A DNA stretch of 64,000 bases from Auanema rhodensis (taxonomy: Eukaryota > Animalia > Nematoda): assembly GCA_964057225.1 (NCBI GenBank), contig CAXKVF010000091.1:85341-149340 (forward strand). The letters run 5' to 3'. Both the position numbers and the translations under genes were made by a program. The notes below the pieces were generated by a model that saw only the letters and a program-made list of their open reading frames with translations, had not been told where the DNA came from and made no database searches. Shown here piece after piece: positions 12,848 to 26,000 of this stretch (position 1 is its first letter; each line of letters opens with the position of its first letter).

Positions 12848-15800
12848 GGTTTTCAAGATTAGATTCCCCATGTCCATATTAGTCTGAAAACAAATTTTTA
12901 TTGATATTGGTTCATGGTAACCATGACTTTGAAATTTACGTGAACTTTAATTTATGTTAATTAAATGTACACGTGATGTGCACTTGGCATGTAACTCGCT
13001 TCACGTGAAAGATAAAGAGATGCGGTTTTCAAAATTAGATTCCCCATGTCCATATTAGTCTAAAAACAAATTTTTATTGATATTGGTGCATGGTAACCAT
13101 GACTTTGAAATTTACGTGAACTTTAATTTATGCTAATTAAATGTACACGTGATGTGCACTTGGTATGTAACTCGCTTCACGTGAAAGATAAAGAGATGCG
13201 GTTTTCAAAATTAGATTCCCCATGTCCATATTAGTCTAAAAACAAATTTTTATTGATATTGGTGCATGGTAACCATGACTTTGAAATTTACGTGAACTTT
13301 AATTTATGCTAATTAAATGTACACGTGATGTGCACTTGGTATGTAACTCGCTTCACGTGAAAGATAAAGAGATGCGGTTTTCAAAATTAGATTCCCCATG
13401 TCCATATTAGTCTAAAAACAAATTTTTATTGATATTGGTGCATGGTAACCATGACTTTGAAATTTACGTGAACTTTAATTTATGCTAATTAAATGTACAC
13501 GTGATGTGCACTTGGTATGTGACTCGCTTCACATGAAAGATAAAGAGATGCGGTTTTCAAAATTAGATTCCCCTTGTCCATATTAGTCTAAAAACAAATT
13601 TTTATTGATATTGGTGCATGGTAACCATGACTTTGAATTTTACGTGAACTTTAATTTATGCTAATTAAATGTACACGTGATGTGCACTTGGTATGTAACT
13701 CGCTTCACGTGAAAGATAAAGAGATGCGGTTTTCAAAATTAGATTTCCCATGTCCATATTAGTCTAAATACAAATTTTTATTGATATTGGTTCATGGTAA
13801 CCATGACTTTGAAATTTACGTGAACTTTAATTTATGCTAATTAAATGTACACGTGATGTGCACTTGGTATGTAACTCGCTTCACGTGAAAGATAAAGAGA
13901 TGCGGTTTTCAAAATTAGATTCCCCATGTCCATATTAGTCTAAAAACAAATTTTTATTGATATTGGTGCATGGTAACCATGACTTTGAAATTTACGTGAA
14001 CTTTAATTTATGCTAATTAAATGTACACGTGATGTGCACTTGGTATGTAACTCGCTTCACATGAAAGATAAAGAGATGCGGTTTTCAAAATTAGATTCCC
14101 CTTGTCCATATTAGTCTAAAAACAAATTTTTATTGATATTGGTGCATGGTAACCATGACTTTGAATTTTACGTGAACTTTAATTTATGCTAATTAAATGT
14201 ACACGTGATGTGCACTTGGTATGTAACTCGCTTCACGTGAAAGATAAAGAGATGCGGTTTTCAAAATTAGATTTCCCATGTCCATATTAGTCTAAAAACA
14301 AATTTTTATTGATATTGGTTCATGGTAACCATGACTTTGAAATTTACGTGAACTTTAATTTATGCTAATTAAATGTACACGTGATGTGCACTTGGTATGT
14401 AACTCGCTTCACGTGAAAGATAAAGAGATGCGGTTTTCAAAATTAGATTCCCCATGTCCATATTAGTCTAAAAACAAATTTTTATTGATATTGGTGCATG
14501 GTAACCATGACTTTGAAATTTACGTGAACTTTAATTTATGCTAATTAAATGTACACGTGATGTGCACTTGGTATGTAACTCGCTTCACGTGAAAGATAAA
14601 GAGATGCGGTTTTCAAAATTAGATTCCCCATGTCCATATTAGTCTAAAAACAAATTTTTATTGATATTGGTGCATGGTAACCATGACTTTGAAATTTACG
14701 TGAACTTTAATTTATGCTAATTAAATGTACACGTGATGTGCACTTGGTATGTAACTCGCTTCACGTGAAAGATAAAGAGATGCGGTTTTCAAGATTAGAT
14801 TCCCCATGTCCATATTAGTCTGAAAACAAATTTTTATTGATATTGGTTCATGGTAACCATGACTTTGAAATTTACGTGAACTTTAATTTATGCTAATTAA
14901 ATGTACACGTGATGTGCACTTGGTATGTAACTCGCTTCACGTGAAAGATAAAGAGATGCGGTTTTCAAAATTAGATTCCCCATGTCCATATTAGTCTAAA
15001 AACAAATTTTTATTGATATTGGTGCATGGTAACCATGACTTTGAAATTTACGTGAACTTTAATTTATGCTAATTAAATGTACACGTGATGTGCACTTGGT
15101 ATGTAACTCGCTTCACGTGAAAGATAAAGAGATGCGCTTTTCAAAATTAGATTCCCCATGTCCATATTAGTCTAAAAACAAATTTTTATTGATATTGGTG
15201 CATGGTAACCATGACTTTGAAATTTACGTGAACTTTAATTTATGCTAATTAAATGTACACGTGATGTGCACTTGGTATGTAACTCGCTTCACATGAAAGA
15301 TAAAGAGATGCGGTTTTCAAAATTAGATTCCCCTTGTCCATATTAGTCTAAAAACAAATTTTTATTGATATTGGTGCATGGTAACCATGACTTTGAATTT
15401 TACGTGAACTTTAATTTATGCTAATTAAATGTACACGTGATGTGCACTTGGTATGTAACTCGCTTCACGTGAAAGATAAAGAGATGCGGTTTTCAAAATT
15501 AGATTTCCCATGTCCATATTAGTCTAAATACAAATTTTTATTGATATTGGTTCATGGTAACCATGACTTTGAAATTTACGTGAACTTTAATTTATGCTAA
15601 TTAAATGTACACGTGATGTGCACTTGGTATGTAACTCGCTTCACGTGAAAGATAAAGAGATGCGGTTTTCAAAATTAGATTCCCCATGTCCATATTAGTC
15701 TAAAAACAAATTTTTATTGATATTGGTGCATGGTAACCATGACTTTGAAATTTACGTGAACTTTAATTTATGCTAATTAAATGTACACGTGATGTGCACT

Positions 15801-16719
15801 TGGTATGTAACTCGCTTCACATGAAAGATAAAGAGATGCGGTTTTCAAAATTAGATTCCCCTTGTCCATATTAGTCTAAAAACAAATTTTTATTGATATT
15901 GGTGCATGGTAACCATGACTTTGAATTTTACGTGAACTTTAATTTATGCTAATTAAATGTACACGTGATGTGCACTTGGTATGTAACTCGCTTCACGTGA
16001 AAGATAAAGAGATGCGGTTTTCAAAATTAGATTTCCCATGTCCATATTAGTCTAAAAACAAATTTTTATGGATATTGGTTCATGGTAACCATGACTTTGA
16101 AATTTACGTGAACTTTAATTTATGCTAATTAAATGTACACGTGATGTGCACTTGGTATGTAACTCGCTTCACGTGAAAGATAAAGAGATGCGGTTTTCAA
16201 AATTAGATTCCCCATGTCCATATTAGTCTAAAAACAAATTTTTATTGATATTGGTGCATGGTAACCATGACTTTGAAATTTACGTGAACTTTAATTTATG
16301 CTAATTAAATGTACACGTGATGTGCACTTGGTATGTAACTCGCTTCACGTGAAAGATAAAGAGATGCGGTTTTCAAAATTAGATTCCCCATGTCCATATT
16401 AGTCAAAAAACAAATTTTTATTGATATTGGTGCATGGTAACCATGACTTTGAAATTTACGTGAACTTTAATTTATGCTAATTAAATGTACACGTGATGTG
16501 CACTTGGTATGTAACTCGCTTCACGTGAAAGATAAAGAGATGCGGTTTTCAAGATTAGATTCCCCATGTCCATATTAGTCTGAAAACAAATTTTTATTGA
16601 TATTGGTTCATGGTAACCATGACTTTGAAATTTACGTGAACTTTAATTTATGCTAATTAAATGTACACGTGATGTGCACTTGGTATGTAACTCGCTTCAC
16701 GTGAAAGATAAAGAGATGC
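12848..16719 (+). repeat. HOR block B: 11-mer (12848-14783) and 10-mer (14784-16543), each containing a duplicated trimer
   Basis: A10G(+A39G) at 12857, 14793, 16553 (1936 and 1760 bp apart). CTAAATA variant at about 13769 and 15529. A23T at 13574/14102 and 15334/15862 (528 bp pairs). Confidence 0.85.
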
Positions 16720-17775
16720 GGTTTTCAAAATTAGATTCCCCATGTCCATATCAGTCTAAAAACAAATTTTTATTGATATTGGTGCATGGTAACCATGACT
16801 TTGAAATTTACGTGAACTGTAATTTATGCTAATTAAATGTACACGTGATGTGCACTTGGTATGTAACTCGCTTCACGTGAAAGATAAAGAGATGCGGTTT
16901 TCAAAATTAGATTCCCCATGTCCATATTAGTCTAAAAACAAATTTTTATTGATATTGGTGCATGGTAACCATGACTTTGAAATTTACGTGAACTTTAATT
17001 TATGCTAATTAAATGTACACGTGATGTGCACTTGGTATGTAACTCGCTTCACGTGAAAGATAAAGAGATGCGGTTTTCAAAATTAGATTCCCCATGTCCA
17101 TATTAGTCTAAAAACAATTTTTTATTGATATTGGTGCATGGTAACCATGACTTTGAAATTTACGTGAACTTTAATTTATGCTAATTAAATGTACACGTGA
17201 TGTGCACTTGGTATGTAACTCGCTTCACGTGAAAGATAAAGAGATGCGGTTTTCAAAATTATATTCCCCATGTCCATATTAGTCTAAAAACAAATTAGTA
17301 TTGATATTGGTTCATGGTAACCATGACTTTGAAATTTACGTGAACTTTAATTTATGCTAATTAAATGTACACGTGATGTGCACTTGGTATGTAACTCGCT
17401 TCACGTGAAAGATAAAGAGATGCGGTTTTCAAAATTAGATTCCCCATGTCCATATTAGTCTAAAAACAAATTTTTATTGATATTGGTGCATGGTAACCAT
17501 GACTTTGAAATTTACGTGAACTTTAATTTATGCTAATTAAATGTACACGTGATGTGCACTTGGTATGTAACTCGCTTCACGTGAAAGATAAAGAGATGCG
17601 GTTTTCAAAATTAGATTCCCCATGTCCATATTAGTCTAAAAACAAATTTTTATTGATATTGGTGCATGGTAACCATGACTTTGAATTTTACGTGAACTTT
17701 AATTTATGCTAATTAAATGTACACGTGATGTGCACTTGGTATGTAACTCGCTTCACGTGAAAGATAAAGAGATGC

Positions 17776-20700
17776 GGTTTTCAAAATTAGATTCCCCATG
17801 TCCATATTAGTCTAAAAACAAATTTTTATTGATATTGGTGCATGGTAATCATGACTTTGAAATTTACGTGAACTTTAATTTATGCTAATTAAATGTACAC
17901 GTGATGTGCACTTGGTATGTAACTCGCTTCACGTGAAAGATAAAGAGATGCGGTTTTCAAAATTAGATTCCCCATGTCCATATTAGTCTAAAAACAAATT
18001 TTTATTGATATTGGTGCATGGTAGCCATGACTTTGAAATTTACGTGAACTTTAATTTATGCTAATTAAATGTACACGTGATGTGCACTTGGTATGTAACT
18101 CGCTTCACGTGAAAGATAAAGAGATGCGGTTTTCAAAATTAGATTCCCCATGTCCATATTAGTCTAAAAACAAATTTTTATTGATATTGGTGCATGGTAA
18201 CCATGACTTTGAAATTTACGTGAACTTTAATTTATGCTAATTAAATGTACACGTGATGTGCACTTGGTATGTAACTCGCTTCACGTGAAAGATAAAGAGA
18301 TGCGGTTTTCAAAATTAGATTCCCCATGTCCATATTAGTCTAAAAACAAATTTTTATTGATATTGGTGCATGGTAACCATGACTTTGAATTTTACGTGAA
18401 CTTTAATTTATGCTAATTAAATGTACACGTGATGTGCACTTGGTATGTAACTCGCTTCACGTGAAAGATAAAGAGATGCGGTTTTCAAAATTAGATTCCC
18501 CATGTCCATATTAGTCTAAAAACAAATTTTTATTGATATTGGTGCATGGTAACCATGACTTTGAAATTTACGTGAACTTTAATTTATGCTAATTAAATGT
18601 ACACGTGATGTGCACTTGGTATGTAACTCGCTTCACGTGAAAGATAAAGAGATGCGGTTTTCAAAATTAGATTCCCCATGTCCATATTAGTCTAAAAACA
18701 AATTTTTATTGATATTGGTGCATGGTAACCATGACTTTGAAATTTACGTGAACTTTAATTTATGCTAATTAAATGTACACGTGATGTGCACTTGGTATGT
18801 AACTCGCTTCACGTGAAAGATAAAGAGATGCGGTTTTCAAAATTAGATTCCCCATGTCCATATTAGTCTAAAAACAAATTTTTATTGATATTGGTTCATG
18901 GTTACCATGACTTTGAAATTTACGTGAACTTTAATTTATGCTAATTAAATGTACACGTGATGTGCACTTGGTATGTAACTCGCTTCACGTGAAAGATAAA
19001 GAGATGCGGTTTTCAAAATTAGATTCCCCATGTCCATATTAGTCTAAAAACAAATTTTCATTGATATTGGTGCATGGTAACCATGACTTTGAAATTTACG
19101 TGAACTTTAATTTATGCTAATTAAATGTACACGTGATGTGCACTTGGTATGTAACTCGCTTCACGTGAAAGATAAAGAGATGCGGTTTTCAAAATTAGAT
19201 TACCCATGTCCATATTAGTCTAAAAACAAATTTTTATTGATATTGGTTCATGGTAACCATGACTTTGAAATTTACGTGAACTTTAATTTATGCTAATTAA
19301 ATGTACACGTGATGTGCACTTGGTATGTAACTCGCTTCACGTGAAAGATAAAGAGATGCGGTTTTCAAAATTAGATTCTTCATGTCCATATTAGTCTAAA
19401 AACAAATTTTTATTGATATTGCTTCATGGTAACCATGACTTTGAAATTTACGTGAACTTTAATTTATGCTAATTAAATGTACACGTGATGTGCACTTGGT
19501 ATGTAACTCGCTTCACGTGAAAGATAAAGAGAAGCGGTTTTCAAAATTAGATTCCCCATGTCCATATTAGTCTAAAAACAAATTTTTATTGATATTGCTT
19601 CATGGTAACCATGACTTTGAAATTTACGTGAACTTTAATTTATGCTAATTAAATGTACACGTGATGTGCACTTGGTATGTAACTCGCTTCACGTGAAAGA
19701 TAAAGAGATGCGGTTTTCAAAATTAGATTCCCCATGTCCATATTAGTCTAAAAACAAATTTTTATTGATATTGCTTCATGGTAACCATGACTTTGAAATT
19801 TACGTGAACTTTAATTTATGCTAATTAAATGTACACGTGATGTGCACTTGGTATGTAACTCGCTTCACGTAAAAGATAAAGAGATGCGGTTTTCAAAATT
19901 AGATTCCCCATGTCCATATTAGTCTTAAAAACAAATTTTTATTGATATTGGTTCATGGTAACCATGACTTTGAAATTTACGTGAACTTTAATTTATGCTA
20001 ATTAAATGTACACGTGATGTGCACTCGGTATGTAACTCGCTTCACGTGAAAGATAAAGAGATGCGGTTTTCAAAATTAGATTCCCCATGTCCATATTAGT
20101 CTAAAAACAAATTTTTATTGATATTGGTGCATGGTAATCATGACTTTGAAATTTACGTGAACTTTAATTTATGCTAATTAAATGTACACGTGATGTGCAC
20201 TTGGTATGTAACTCGCTTCACGTGAAAGATAAAGAGATGCGGTTTTCAAAATTAGATTCCCCATGTCCATATTAGTCTAAAAACAAATTTTTATTGATAT
20301 TGGTGCATGGTAACCATGACTTTGAAATTTACGTGAACTTTAATTTATGCTAATTAAATGTACACGTGATGTGCACTTGGTATGTAACTCGCTTCACGTG
20401 AAAGATAAAGAGATGCGGTTTTCAAAATTAGATTCCCCATGTCCATATTAGTCTAAAAACAAATTTTTATTGATATTGGTTCATGGTAACCATGACTTTG
20501 AAATTTACGTGAACTTTAATTTATGCTAATTAAATGTACACGTGATGTGCACTTGGTATGTAACTCGCTTCACGTGAAAGATAAAGAGATGCGGTTTTCA
20601 AAATTAGATTCCCCATGTCCATATTAGTCTAAAAACAAATTTTTATTGATATTGGTTCATGGTAACCATGACTTTGAAATTTACGTGAACTTTAATTTAT

Positions 20701-22881
20701 GCTAATTAAATGTACACGTGCTGTGCACTTGGTATGTAACTCGCTTCACGTGAAAGATAAAGAGATGCGGTTTTCAAAATTAGATTCCCCATGTCCATAT
20801 TAGTCTAAAAACAAATTTTTATTGATATTGGTTCATGGTAACCATGACTTTGAAATTTACGTGAACTTTAATTTATGCTAATTAAATGTACACGTGATGT
20901 GCACTTGGTATGTAACTCGCTTCACGTGAAAGATAAAGAGATGCGGTTTTCAAAATTAGATTCCCCATGTCCATATTAGTCTAAAAACAAATTTTTATTG
21001 ATATTGGTGCATGGTAACCATGACTTTGAAATTTACGTGAACTTTAATTTATGCTAATTAAATGTACACGTGATGTGCACTTGGTATGTAACTCGCTTCA
21101 CGTGAAAGATAAAGAGATGCGGTTTTCAAAATTAGATTCCCCATGTCCATATTAGTCTAAAAACAAATTTTTATTGATATTGGTGCATGGTAATCATGAC
21201 TTTGAAATTTACGTGAACTTTAATTTATGCTAATTAAATGTACACGTGATGTGCACTTGGTATGTAACTCGCTTCACGTGAAAGATAAAGAGATGCGGTT
21301 TTCAAAATTAGATTCCCCATGTCCATATTAGTCTAAAAACAAATTTTTATTGATATTGGTGCATGGTAATCATGACTTTGAAATTTACGTGAACTTTAAT
21401 TTATGCTAATTAAATGTACACGTGATGTGCACTTGGTATGTAACTCGCTTCACGTGAAAGATAAAGAGATGCGGTTTTCAAAATTAGATTCCCCATGTCC
21501 ATATTAGTCTAAAAACAAATTTTTATTGATATTGGTGCATGGTAGCCATGACTTTGAAATTTACGTGAACTTTAATTTATGCTAATTAAATGTACACGTG
21601 ATGTGCACTTGGTATGTAACTCGCTTCACGTGAAAGATAAAAAGATGCGGTTTCCAAAATTAGATTCCCCATGTCCATATTAGTCTAAAAACAAATTTTT
21701 ATTGATATTGGTGCATGGTAACCATGACTTTGAAATTTACGTGAACTTTAATTTATGCTAATTAAATGTACACGTGATGTGCACTTGGTATGTAACTCGC
21801 TTCACGTGAAAGATAAAGAGATGCGGTTTTCAAAATTAGATTCCCCATGTCCATATTAGTCTAAAAACAAATTTTTATTGATATTGGTGCATGGTAACCA
21901 TGACTTTGAATTTTACGTGAACTTTAATTTATGCTAATTAAATGTACACGTGATGTGCACTTGGTATGTAACTCGCTTCACGTGAAAGATAAAGAGATGC
22001 GGTTTTCAAAATTAGATTCCCCATGTCCATATTAGTCTAAAAACAAATTTTTATTGATATTGGTGCATGGTAACCATGACTTTGAAATTTACGTGAACTT
22101 TAATTTATGCTAATTAAATGTACACGTGATGTGCACTTGGTATGTAACTCGCTTCACGTGAAAGATAAAGAGATGCGGTTTTCAAAATTAGATTCCCCAT
22201 GTCCATATTAGTCTAAAAACAAATTTTTAATGATATTGGTTCATGGTAACCATGACTTTGAAATTTACGTGAACTTTAATTTATGCTAATTAAATGTACA
22301 CGTGATGTGCACTTGGTATGTAACTCGCTTCACGTGAAAGATAAAGAGAAGCGGTTTTCAAAATTAGATTCCCCATGTCCATATTAGTCTAAAAACAAAT
22401 TTTTATTGATATTGCTTCATGGTAACCATGACTTTGAAATTTACGTGAACTTTAATTTATGCTAATTAAATGTACACGTGATGTGCACTTGGTATGTAAC
22501 TCGCTTCACGTAAAAGATAAAGAGATGCGGTTTTCAAAATTAGATTCCCCATGTCCATATTAGTCTAAAAACAAATTTTTATTGATATTGCTTCATGGTA
22601 ACCATGACTTTGAAATTTACGTGAACTTTAATTTATGCTAATTAAATGTACACGTGATGTGCACTTGGTATGTAACTCGCTTCACGTAAAAGATAAAGAG
22701 ATGCGGTTTTCAAAATTAGATTCCCCATGTCCATATTAGTCTTAAAAACAAATTTTTATTGATATTGGTTCATGGTAACCATGACTTTGAAATTTACGTG
22801 AACTTTAATTTATGCTAATTAAATGTACACGTGATGTGCACTCGGTATGTAACTCGCTTCACGTGAAAGATAAAGAGATGC
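17776..22881 (+). repeat. Non-adjacent duplication: 17776-20064 (13 monomers) vs 21297-22881 (9 monomers), both ending in a 177-bp +T monomer
   Basis: GTAATC at 17849/21370 and GTAGCC at 18024/21545 (3521 bp apart). +T insertion at about 19925/22742 (2817 bp apart), each with CACGTAA upstream and CACTCGG downstream. Confidence 0.8.
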
Positions 22882-23057
22882 GGTTTTCAAAATTAGATTC
22901 TTCATGTCCATATTAGTCTAAAAACAAATTTTTATTGATATTGGTTCATGGTAACCATGACTTTGAAATTTACGTGAACTTTAATTTATGCTAATTAAAT
23001 GTACACGTGATGTGCACTTGGTATGTAACTCGCTTCACGTGAAAGATAAAAAGATGC

Positions 23058-26000
23058 GGTTTTCAAAATTAGATTCCCCATGTCCATATTAGTCTAAAAA
23101 CAAATTTTTATTGATATTGCTTCATGGTAACCATGACTTTGAAATTTACGTGAACTTTAATTTATGCTAATTAAATGTACACGTGATGTGCACTTGGTAT
23201 GTAACTCGCTTCACGTGAAAGATAAAGAGAAGCGGTTTTCAAAATTAGATTCCCCATGTCCATATTAGTCTAAAAACAAATTTTTATTGATATTGCTTCA
23301 TGGTAACCATGACTTTGAAATTTACGTGAACTTTAATTTATGCTAATTAAATGTACACGTGATGTGCACTTGGTATGTAACTCGCTTCACGTGAAAGATA
23401 AAGAGATGCGGTTTTCAAAATTAGATTCCCCATGTCCATATTAGTCTAAAAACAAATTTTTATTGATATTGGTTCATGGTAACCATGACTTTGAAATTTA
23501 CGTGAACTTTAATTTATGCTAATTAAATGTACACGTGATGTGCACTTGGTATGTAACTCGCTTCACGTGAGAGATAAAGAGATGCGGTTTTCAAAATTAG
23601 ATTCCCCATGTCCATATTAGTCTAAAAACAAATTTTTATTGATATTGGTTCATGGTAACCATGACTTTGAAATTTACGTGAACTTTAATTTATGCTAATT
23701 AAATGTACACGTGATGTGCACTTGGTATGTAACTCGCTTCACGTGAAAGATAAAGAGATGCGGTTTTCAAAATTAGATTCCCCATGTCCATATTAGTCTA
23801 AAAACAAATTTTTATTGATATTGGTTCATGGTAACCATGACTTTGAAATTTACGTGAACTTTAATTTATGCTAATTAAATGTACACGTGATGTGCACTTG
23901 GTATGTAACTCGCTTCACGTGAAAGATAAAGAGATGCGGTTTTCAAAATTAGATTCCCCATGTCCATATTAGTCTAAAAACAAATTTTTATTGATATTGG
24001 TTCATGGTAACCATGACTTTGAAATTTACGTGAACTTTAATTTATGCTAATTAAATGTACACGTGCTGTGCACTTGGTATGTAACTCGCTTCACGTGAAA
24101 GATAAAGAGATGCGGTTTTCAAAATTAGATTCCCCATGTCCATATTAGTCTAAAAACAAATTTTTATTGATATTGGTTCATGGTAACCATGACTTTGAAA
24201 TTTACGTGAACTTTAATTCATGCTAATTAAATGTACACGTGATGTGCACTTGGTATGTAACTCGCTTCACGTGAAAGATAAAGAGATGCGGTTTTCAAAA
24301 TTAGATTCCCCATGTCCATATTAGTCTAAAAACAAATTTTTATTGATATTGGTGCATGGTAACCATGACTTTGAAATTTACGTGAACTTTAATTTATGCT
24401 AATTAAATGTACACGTGATGTGCACTTGGTATGTAACTCGCTTCACGTGAAAGATAAAGAGATGCGGTTTTCAAAATTAGATTCCCCATGTCCATATTAG
24501 TCTAAAAACAAATTTTTATTGATATTGGTTCATGGTAACCATGACTTTGAAATTTACGTGAACTTTAATTTATGCTAATTAAATGTACACGTGATGTGCA
24601 CTTGGTATGTAACTCGCTTCACGTGAAAGATAAAGAGATGCGGTTTTCAAAATTAGATTCTTCACGTCCATATTAGTCTGAAAACAAATTTTTATTGATA
24701 TTGCTTCATGGTAACCATGACTTTGAAATTTACGTGAACTTTAATTTATGCTAATTAAATGTACACGTGATGTGCACTTGGTATGTAACTCGCTTCACGT
24801 GAAAGATAAAGAGAAGCGGTTTTCAAAATTAGATTCCCCATGTCCATATTAGTCTAAAAACAAATTTTTATTGATATTGCTTCATGGTAACCATGACTTT
24901 GAAATTTACGTGAACTTTAATTTATGCTAATTAAATGTACACGTGATGTGCACTTGGTATGTAACTCGCTTCACGTGAAAGATAAAGAGAAGCGGTTTTC
25001 AAAATTAGATTCCCCATGTCCATATTAGTCTAAAAACAAATTTTTATTGATATTGGTTCATGGTAACCATGACTTTGAAATTTACGTGAACTTTAATTTA
25101 TGCTAATTAAATGTACACGTGATGTGCACTTGGTATGTAACTCGCTTCACGTGAAAGATAAAGAGATGCGGTTTTCAAAATTAGATTCCCCATGTCCATA
25201 TTAGTCTAAAAACAAATTTTTATTGATATTGGTTCATGGTAACCATGACTTTGAAATTTACGTGAACTTTAATTTATGCTAATTAAATGTACACGTGATG
25301 TGCACTTGGTATGTAACTCGCTTCACGTGAAAGATAAAGAGATGCGGTTTTCAAAATTAGATTCTCCATGTCCATATTAGTCTAAAAACAAATTTTTATT
25401 GATATTGGTTCATGGTAACCATGACTTTGAAATTTACGTGAACTTTAATTTATGCTAATTAAATGTACACGTGATGTGCACTTGGTATGTAACTCGCTTC
25501 ACGTGAAAGATAAAGAGATGCGGTTTTCAAAATTAGATTCCCCATGTCCATATTAGTCTAAAAACAAATTTTTATTGATATTGGTGCATGGTAACCATGA
25601 CTTTGAAATTTACGTGAACTTTAATTTATGCTAATTAAATGTACACGTGATGTGCACTTGGTATGTAACTCGCTTCACGTGAAAGATAAAGAGATGCGGT
25701 TTTCAAAATTAGATTACCCATGTCCATATTAGTCTAAAAACAAATTTTTATTGATATTGGTTCATGGTAACCATGACTTTGAAATTTACGTGAACTTTAA
25801 TTTATGCTAATTAAATGTACACGTGATGTGCACTTGGTATGTAACTCGCTTCACGTGAAAGATAAAGAGATGCGGTTTTCAAAATTAGATTCCCCATGTC
25901 CATATTAGTCTAAAAACAAATTTTTATTGATATTGCTTCATGGTAACCATGACTTTGAAATTTACGTGAACTTTAATTTATGCTAATTAAATGTACACGT

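Noticed and set aside
16650-16832. 60-aa ORF MLIKCTRDVHLV...
   Set aside because: It is satellite sequence. A private T>C at 16752 turns the usual TAG into CAG and extends the 34-codon mini-ORF present in nearly every monomer. There is no recognisable domain or gene context, and 176 is not a multiple of 3, so no repeat protein can be read through.
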